A stretch of DNA of 62,058 nt from the IMG/VR virus record IMGVR_UViG_3300025127_000028, positions 1 through 62,058 of that record; one strand, 5' to 3'. The notes under the pieces are model-generated. The model worked only from the letters and a program-made list of their open reading frames with translations, was not told where the DNA came from and did not search any database. The DNA is from a virus (taxonomy: Duplodnaviria > Caudoviricetes). This document shows, one piece after another, positions 55,851 through 62,058 of this stretch. The first letter of the stretch is position 1. Each line of letters starts with the position of its first letter. A program made the position numbers and the translations under genes.

Positions 55851-56153
55851 ATGGCTATGACGCCCGAAGCGAAAGTAAAGAAGAAAGTGGTAGCGGTACT
55901 CAAAAACTTGGGTGCGTATTACTTCTATCCAGTTACGGGTGGTTATGGTCACAGTGGTGTACCAGACATAGTAGGATGTTATCAGGGAATGTTCTTTGGC
56001 ATTGAGTGTAAGGCTGGCAAGAATAAACCCACACCATTACAGCAGTTAGCACTGGATAATATTTCCAAGCAGGGTGGCCTCGCATTAGTGATCAACGAGG
56101 CAAACATCGGTGAGGTAGTTGAGAGCCTCAACCAGATACCGTTTGGACGGTAA
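55851..56153 (+). CDS. VRR-NUC domain nuclease
   Basis: TPEAKVK..GVPDI..GIECKAG..PTPLQ. Confidence 0.88.
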   Translation: MAMTPEAKVKKKVVAVLKNLGAYYFYPVTGGYGHSGVPDIVGCYQGMFFGIECKAGKNKPTPLQQLALDNISKQGGLALVINEANIGEVVESLNQIPFGR

Positions 56154-56262
56154 GCAGTGAGTGCCGTAATTAACCACTGCAATGAGGGCGGTCGAACGTT
56201 ATCCTTTCTATAGACTGTGACCTCAAGGGGGGAGGGTTAGCCTCCTCTATCTTCCCCCCGAC
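56154..56262 (+). ncRNA. Candidate structured RNA with anti-SD loop
   Basis: Three successive hairpins; loop GTTATCCTTTCTA. Confidence 0.35.
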
Positions 56263-56282
56263 TTTAACTAGATAACGAGAGA

Positions 56283-57092
56283 ATGATGGCAAGTATATCA
56301 AAAAGACGCAAAGAGGTTCTGGCAGAGTACGGTGTTCTCACTGAGAGGGAAGTAGTCGCTCGTCAAGAGAAGGCGAAAAAGCAGCATCTAAGAAATATTA
56401 ATAGGAATGAGAGGAAGAGAGTCGCTAGTCAAGAGAAGGCAAGGAAGCGGTGTCTAAGAGAGATTAATAAGTTTGACTCGGACAACACAGGGCTACCTGT
56501 CCACTCGCCAATACGATATAAAAAAGATTGGGAAGAACAAAAAATTGCTAGGGCTTTAAGAGATAAGCCAAAGTTAAATCTGACTGACGAAGATCGTAAG
56601 GCACGTAAAAAAGCTAGCGAAGATAAAAAGCAAAAAGAGATGAAGCTAAGTTGTCTGGGGATGTTATCAGCCGCTGGAGCAAAGAAGTTTACACGCGATG
56701 CACCGTCACTCGTTGAGTATGGTGACAGCTGGGCGTATTTTAACGGACTAGAGGGCGGCATTGAGGAGAACCACCACAACAAAGTTTCACCTTTTGATTA
56801 TGTACACACTAACTTGATAGAGGAAAACCCTGTTACTGGCGCATTAGTCTGGCATGGTCAGGTATGTTCTATATGCACAGAGCCGCCCAAAGATTTGGGT
56901 GAGGTAATGCTGGCACAGTATGGGCTGACAGAATTTATATGTGTCGATTGTGGTAAGTTCATGGAGCATAAAGGCACAGGCATGAGGGGGTACATATCAG
57001 GTGCTGCGAACGATAGTTTACGTCATAAGGCAAAGAAACCCACAACAATTTACAAGCACCACTTAGCAAAAGAGGATGAAGAAGATGAATGA
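56283..57092 (+). CDS. Hypothetical basic protein with C-terminal Zn ribbon (269 aa)
   Basis: CSIC..CVDC; K/R-rich N-terminus. Confidence 0.65.
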   Translation: MMASISKRRKEVLAEYGVLTEREVVARQEKAKKQHLRNINRNERKRVASQEKARKRCLREINKFDSDNTGLPVHSPIRYKKDWEEQKIARALRDKPKLNLTDEDRKARKKASEDKKQKEMKLSCLGMLSAAGAKKFTRDAPSLVEYGDSWAYFNGLEGGIEENHHNKVSPFDYVHTNLIEENPVTGALVWHGQVCSICTEPPKDLGEVMLAQYGLTEFICVDCGKFMEHKGTGMRGYISGAANDSLRHKAKKPTTIYKHHLAKEDEEDE

Positions 57093-57315
57093 GAATAAAA
57101 TAATGACTGATAACAAGTTAATTATTGATGGCAACGAGTATCTGTACGAGGAATTGAAAGATGATCAGAAGTATGCCGTGACGCAGATTAAAAACTTAAA
57201 CTCAAAGATTAATAATGCAGAGTTTGAGATAAACCAACTAAAAGCGGCAGTGCAGCATTTTCATCTGGCATTGTCTTTATCAATGAAACAGGAAGGAGAG
57301 GTTGGAGATGATTGA
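57085..57315 (+). CDS. Small coiled-coil protein
   Basis: IIDGNEY..L.D motif followed by coiled coil; start uncertain. Confidence 0.65.
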   Translation: MNENKIMTDNKLIIDGNEYLYEELKDDQKYAVTQIKNLNSKINNAEFEINQLKAAVQHFHLALSLSMKQEGEVGDD

Positions 57316-57505
57316 GTATGGGGATGGTAGCTTTCAAAGAGCCATAGACAATAACCAATGCCCCAGATGCATGACCGCAGTAGACTATAGTGCAGGGGTT
57401 GCTACGTGTTTCGTATGCAACTTAAAAATATCTGGTGAGGGTATACAAAAACAAAAAGACCCGAACCAGTTGGAATTACCTTTTAACGAAAACAATGGAG
57501 AATAA
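57308..57505 (+). CDS. Small Zn-ribbon protein
   Basis: CPRC..CFVC; ends DPNQLELPF. Confidence 0.65.
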   Translation: MIEYGDGSFQRAIDNNQCPRCMTAVDYSAGVATCFVCNLKISGEGIQKQKDPNQLELPFNENNGE

Positions 57506-57506
57506 G

Positions 57507-58058
57507 ATGGCACGAAGGAAGATAAAGAAAAAAGAAAAGATAATACGCTACATACTTAAAAACAGGACTGCTTCTGTAAAGCAGATAGCAGAAGCAACAG
57601 GTTCGTCAACAAAGTACGTGTACAATCTTAAGGCACAATCAGGCACACCAAAAGAAGTTATAGAGAAAGAACTTAACGTTCAGCCTGTAGTCACCGAGAC
57701 TTTCAAAGATTACTCAGGTAACGAGTATCACACCTACGCATTGAAAGAAGTTAAAGAAACCACCGATGATCGCGTGCGTTCACAAACTTTACGTGAAGCA
57801 GAGAGCCTTGTGTGTGGTGAAAGAGAAGAAGAGCATGGTGAGTTTTGGAAGAACGCATACCTTACTTCTAAAATGTGGCATGGCTACACAGGTTATGACA
57901 TACAGCCAGAACAAGTGCCTGTCATGCTTGCACTACTTAAAGTAGCCAGATCAGTCGGGGCAAGACAGCAAGAGTCCAGCGGCAAAGACAACTTCCGTGA
58001 TGCTTGTGGGTATCTGGCACTAGCCGCAGAGTTGGACTCGTGGGAGCCAGAAGACTGA
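57507..58058 (+). CDS. HTH plus DUF6378-like (MazG-superfamily-like) protein
   Basis: SVKQIAEATGSSTKYVY HTH; R.E.HG..MLALLKVAR..DNFRDACGY. Confidence 0.7.
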   Translation: MARRKIKKKEKIIRYILKNRTASVKQIAEATGSSTKYVYNLKAQSGTPKEVIEKELNVQPVVTETFKDYSGNEYHTYALKEVKETTDDRVRSQTLREAESLVCGEREEEHGEFWKNAYLTSKMWHGYTGYDIQPEQVPVMLALLKVARSVGARQQESSGKDNFRDACGYLALAAELDSWEPED

Positions 58059-59884
58059 TGGATTTGATTACCCTCGATTTTGAAACATACTACGACAGGG
58101 AGTTTTCTCTGTCGAAGTTAACCACCGAAGCCTACATCCGTGACCCTCGTTTTGAGGTGATCGGTGTGGGCGTAAAGGTAAACAACAAGGAAACGGAGTG
58201 GGCAAGTGGATCACACGAACAAATTAAGACGTATCTGCAATCATTCGATTGGTCGAATTCTATGTTACTGTGTCATAACACCATGTTCGATGGCGCTATT
58301 CTTAATTGGCGGTATAATATTCGCCCTCGCGTGTATACCGATACTATGTGTATTGCCCGTGCTATACATGGGGTTGAAACTAGTGCAAGTCTCAGGGCGG
58401 TTAGTGAAAAGTATAATATTGGTGCAAAGGGAACGGAGGTCGTACAGGCACTCGGCAAGAGGCGAGAAGACTTTACGCAAGGTGAACTAAGTAATTACGG
58501 TGATTATTGCGTCAATGACGTTAACCTCACCTATAAACTATTCACAATCATGGCAAAAGGTTTCCCACGTCGGGAACTAAAACTGATTGATTTGACGTTG
58601 CGTATGTTTATTCAGCCAGTGTTAGAATTAGATCTGGGCCTTCTAGAACAACATCTCACAGAAACACGTGACCGTAAGGATGAGTTGTTGGAGAGTGCCG
58701 GAGTGGCCAAAGAAGATTTGATGAGCAATCCCAAGTTTGCGGAACTGCTCAAGTCGCTTGGCGTTGAGCCACCCATGAAGATCAGCCCTACAACTGAAAA
58801 AGAAACATTTGCATTTGCCAAGTCGGACGAAGAGTTCAAGGCACTGGCAGACCATGAGAACCCACAGGTGCAAGCGTTGGTTGCGGCAAGGCTCGGCACA
58901 AAATCTACATTGGAAGAGACACGGACACAGCGGTTCATTGATATTGCGAAACGTGGCACACTACCTGTGCCTGTTAGATACTATGCCGCGCATACTGGTA
59001 GGTGGGGCGGTGATGATAAGATTAACCTACAGAACCTGCCTAGCCGTGGAGTAAATGGTAAGAAGTTAAAGCGTAGCATTATTGCCCCTGAAGGATATAC
59101 GCTGGTGGACGCAGACTCGGCACAGATCGAAGCGCGAGTGCTGGCTTGGCTTGCAGAGCAGGACGATCTCACGCACGCGTTCAGGGCTGGTGAGGATGTG
59201 TATGTAAAGATGGCATCACGTATATATGGTGTGCAAGAGTCCGATGTGACTAAAGACCAACGGTTCGTTGGTAAGACCACAATCCTCGGTGCTGGCTACG
59301 GCATGGGCGCACTCAAGTTTCAAGCGCAACTCAAGAACTTTGGGTTCGATATGGACATCGCAGAAGCAAGGCGTGTCATTAATATCTACCGCGAAGCTAA
59401 TTGGAAAATAAACAAGTTATGGCGTGACGCCCAACAAGCCCTCGTGGCCCTGTCCAGAAATGATAACGCGCCATTGGGTTGCGGCAACGTGCTAGAGGTA
59501 TGCCCACATGATAGTGCCATACGACTGCCATCTGGTTTGTTGTTGCGCTATGACGATCTTGGGTTTGATATCACTGACAGAGGCACGGAGTTTCACTACA
59601 AAGTCAGGCGTGGTCGTAACCGTATCTATGGCGGTAAGGTTATAGAGAACGTATGCCAAGCCATTGCTCGTTGCATCATTGGTGAGCAAATGCTACAAAT
59701 AGCTAAGAAACATCGCGTAGTGTTAACAGTGCATGACTCTGTTGTGTGTTGTGTTCGTGACGAAGAGGTGGGTGAAGCACAGGCGTACATTGAAAAGTGT
59801 ATGCGTTGGATACCCGATTGGGCAGAAGGTCTGCCTATCAACTGCGAGTCTGGCACTGGCAAGTCTTATGGGGATTGTGAATGA
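58058..59884 (+). CDS. polA: DNA polymerase, family A, with 3'-5' exonuclease
   Basis: LDFET, HNTMFD, TGR, NLQNLP, DSAQIEAR, KTTILGAGYG, VHDS. Confidence 0.95.
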   Translation: MDLITLDFETYYDREFSLSKLTTEAYIRDPRFEVIGVGVKVNNKETEWASGSHEQIKTYLQSFDWSNSMLLCHNTMFDGAILNWRYNIRPRVYTDTMCIARAIHGVETSASLRAVSEKYNIGAKGTEVVQALGKRREDFTQGELSNYGDYCVNDVNLTYKLFTIMAKGFPRRELKLIDLTLRMFIQPVLELDLGLLEQHLTETRDRKDELLESAGVAKEDLMSNPKFAELLKSLGVEPPMKISPTTEKETFAFAKSDEEFKALADHENPQVQALVAARLGTKSTLEETRTQRFIDIAKRGTLPVPVRYYAAHTGRWGGDDKINLQNLPSRGVNGKKLKRSIIAPEGYTLVDADSAQIEARVLAWLAEQDDLTHAFRAGEDVYVKMASRIYGVQESDVTKDQRFVGKTTILGAGYGMGALKFQAQLKNFGFDMDIAEARRVINIYREANWKINKLWRDAQQALVALSRNDNAPLGCGNVLEVCPHDSAIRLPSGLLLRYDDLGFDITDRGTEFHYKVRRGRNRIYGGKVIENVCQAIARCIIGEQMLQIAKKHRVVLTVHDSVVCCVRDEEVGEAQAYIEKCMRWIPDWAEGLPINCESGTGKSYGDCE

Positions 59885-60546
59885 GTATAAAGCCGTGGTC
59901 ATTCAGTAGGATTAAGGCGTTTGAGCAATGCCCCAAGAAGTTCTACCATCTCAAGATTGCCAAGGATTACACTGAGCCTGAGACTGATGCCATGTCATAC
60001 GGCACAGCATTTCACCTTGCGGCAGAAGAATATGTACGTGATGGCACGTCTATCCCTGATAATTTCAAGTTTGCTCAACCCGCTCTCGACGGTCTTAAAG
60101 CCAAGCGTGGTAACAAGTTATGTGAAATAAAGATGGGTCTGGATGAGAACCTTGAGCCATGTGGCTTTTTTGATAAGAAAGTTTGGTGGCGTGGCATCGC
60201 AGATTTGGTTATCCTAGATGAAGATACTGCTTGGGTGGTGGACTACAAGACCAGTAAGTCAGCCAAGTATGCGGATAAAGGTCAGTTAGAATTGATGGCG
60301 TTAGCCACATTCAAACATTACCCCGAAGTCAACACTGTACGTGCAGGGTTATTGTTTGTAATATCTAGAGACCTTGTAAAGGACACTTATACCAGAGACA
60401 TGATGCCAGTTCTTTGGGCTAAGTGGTTGGCTAACTATAAACGCATGGAAACAGCACATGAGAAAAACGTATGGAACGCCCATCCAAGTGGGCTATGCAA
60501 GCGACATTGTGTTGTTTTGGAGTGTGTTCACAACGGGAGCAACTAG
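59881..60546 (+). CDS. PD-(D/E)XK (Cas4/RecB-like) exonuclease
   Basis: WSFS..CP, GTAFH, GIADL..VDYKT, QL, CKRHC..C. Confidence 0.88.
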   Translation: MSIKPWSFSRIKAFEQCPKKFYHLKIAKDYTEPETDAMSYGTAFHLAAEEYVRDGTSIPDNFKFAQPALDGLKAKRGNKLCEIKMGLDENLEPCGFFDKKVWWRGIADLVILDEDTAWVVDYKTSKSAKYADKGQLELMALATFKHYPEVNTVRAGLLFVISRDLVKDTYTRDMMPVLWAKWLANYKRMETAHEKNVWNAHPSGLCKRHCVVLECVHNGSN

Positions 60547-60792
60547 ATGCCCTACACCAAAAAACCAAGACCATATAAAAAAGAGTATAAAAAACAAAAA
60601 GAGCGTGGGGAGCATCCCGACAGAATGGAACGCCAACGTGCAAGACGTGCATATGATAAGAAAGGCATTAAGCGCAAAGGCAAAGATGTAAGCCACAATA
60701 AAGCATTAAGTAAAGGCGGTAGTAATAAAGACGGTACAAAGCTGGAAAGCCCAAAGAAAAACCGCAGCCGCAATTATAAAAAGAAAAGTTAG
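60547..60792 (+). CDS. Small HNH-like protein (81 aa)
   Basis: KDVSH.KALSKGGSN..NRSRN. Confidence 0.65.
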   Translation: MPYTKKPRPYKKEYKKQKERGEHPDRMERQRARRAYDKKGIKRKGKDVSHNKALSKGGSNKDGTKLESPKKNRSRNYKKKS

Positions 60793-60816
60793 TGACTCAC
60801 TAACAAGGAGAACGCA

Positions 60817-62058
60817 GTGGAAATTATTGAAAATGGTAGAGCCTTGTTGTTACGGTTACGGAACCCACAACAGGTAACGGAAGTCATACCCAAGAGTAAA
60901 GCTTTATCCGATAACAAGGTTTTGGTTAAATGGGGTGTTGATGAAACACAAGTGCTTAAGAACTTAAATATTCAAGCACCTTCACCCATAGAAAAACAAT
61001 ATCAATGGACAGGTACGCATAGTCCATTTGCACACCAGAAAACTACCTCTGCCTTTCTTACACTAAATAGAAAAGCATTCTGCTTCAACGAGCAAGGCAC
61101 AGGCAAAACCGCCAGCGCTATATGGGCATCAGATTTTTTACTTAATAAACAAGTAATTAAACGAGTGCTAGTTATCTGCCCGCTCTCGATCATGGATAGT
61201 GCATGGCGTGATGACTTGTTTACATTTGCACCGCATAGAACTGTAGATGTGGCTTATGGTAGTGGTAAGAAACGTAAAGAGATAATCGAACAAGGTGCTG
61301 AGTACGTAATCATAAACTACGATGGTGTGGCTATAGTTAAAGACGAGATAGCAAACGGTGGGTTTGATTTAATTATTGTTGATGAAGCCACACACTACAA
61401 GAATGCGCAGACAAACCGTTGGAAGACACTCAACAAGATTATGACCCCTGATACGTGGTTGTGGATGATGACTGGCACTCCAGCAGCACAAAGCCCTATG
61501 GATGCTTATGGTCTGGCAAAGCTGGTCAACCCGACATCTGTGCCACGTTTTGCTAGTTCTTTCCGCGATCAGATTATGATTAAGATATCCAACTTCAAGT
61601 GGATACCCAAAGAGACAGCAACTGACACTGTGTTCCGCGCACTGCAACCAGCCATACGTTTTACCAAGGACGAGTGCCTTGACCTACCCGATATGGTGTA
61701 TGTAAAGCGTGAGGTTGAACTAACCAGACAACAAAAGAAATACTACGAAGAACTACGTAAGAAGCTGGTTATGCAGATCACAGGTGAACAGATCACTGCT
61801 GTAAATGCCGCCGTAGTTATGAGTAAGCTACTGCAAATATCGGCAGGGGCTGTGTATACAGACGAAAGTGATGTGCTGGAGTTTGACATATCACATCGTT
61901 ACAAAGTGTTACGCGAAGTGATTGATGAGTCTAGCCAGAAAGTTTTGGTATTTGTACCATTCAAACATGCGATTGATATACTTACAGAAAAACTACGCAA
62001 GGATGGTATTACCACAGAGGTAATTCGTGGTGATGTATCTGCGCCCAACCGCACACAG
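60817..62058 (+). CDS. SF2/SNF2-like helicase, N-terminal part (continues at position 1)
   Basis: AAGGAG RBS and GTG start; NEQGTGKT, VICP, IVDEATHYKN, MTGTP. Confidence 0.92.
   Translation, partial: MEIIENGRALLLRLRNPQQVTEVIPKSKALSDNKVLVKWGVDETQVLKNLNIQAPSPIEKQYQWTGTHSPFAHQKTTSAFLTLNRKAFCFNEQGTGKTASAIWASDFLLNKQVIKRVLVICPLSIMDSAWRDDLFTFAPHRTVDVAYGSGKKRKEIIEQGAEYVIINYDGVAIVKDEIANGGFDLIIVDEATHYKNAQTNRWKTLNKIMTPDTWLWMMTGTPAAQSPMDAYGLAKLVNPTSVPRFASSFRDQIMIKISNFKWIPKETATDTVFRALQPAIRFTKDECLDLPDMVYVKREVELTRQQKKYYEELRKKLVMQITGEQITAVNAAVVMSKLLQISAGAVYTDESDVLEFDISHRYKVLREVIDESSQKVLVFVPFKHAIDILTEKLRKDGITTEVIRGDVSAPNRTQ
61877..62058. repeat. Terminal direct repeat, copy 2
   Basis: Matches 1-182 with one mismatch. 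Confidence 0.97.

Larger units (their letters stand above)
47666..60805. repeat. Dispersed 19-bp palindrome (T/A)GTTAGTGAC(T/A)CACTAAC(A/C), 9 copies
   Basis: At 47666 (20-bp TATA-centred variant), 48830, 49085, 49394, 50585, 51722, 53453, 55767 and 60787. Confidence 0.95.

Noticed and set aside
47666-60805. The palindromes as integron attC sites or N4-type hairpin promoters
   Set aside because: GTTAGTG does not fit GTTRRRY, the sites are too short, and no integrase is present; I recognised no RNA polymerase motifs in the giant virion proteins

Overview
The window is an apparently complete, circularly assembled genome (about 61.9 kb unique) of a tailed dsDNA phage. Bases 1-182 repeat at 61877-62058 and split an SF2/SNF2-like helicase gene. 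There are two arms. The + strand early/replication arm (47799 through the join to 5216) holds small early genes, a DUF3150-like/MoxR-AAA/VWA-metallopeptidase module, VRR-NUC, family A DNA polymerase, PD-(D/E)XK exonuclease, helicase, HTH protein, SSB and primase-helicase. The - strand morphogenesis arm (47342 to 5293) holds TerS, TerL, portal, GroES, scaffold, a Mu-gpT-type capsid protein, small basic proteins, adaptors, fibres, holin and lysozyme, a nozzle, an acyl carrier protein and large ejection proteins. The gene set recalls marine HTVC023P-like podoviruses of proteobacteria (from memory, not a database result). I recognised no integrase, RNA polymerase, tRNA or CRISPR array. The best leads are: (1) a candidate ~65-nt sRNA at 5228-5292 complementary to the RBS/start regions of several of the phage's own genes, plus a second anti-SD RNA at 56154-56262; (2) an ACP and a possible acyltransferase next to an ejection protein starting Met-Gly, suggesting virion protein lipidation; (3) a 19-bp palindrome found nine times only in the early/replication arm; (4) a [YFMI]-A-x-G-G peptide signal shared by many virion-module proteins; (5) beta-clamp-type motifs in the giant injected metallopeptidase protein. 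All family names come from motif recognition by eye.
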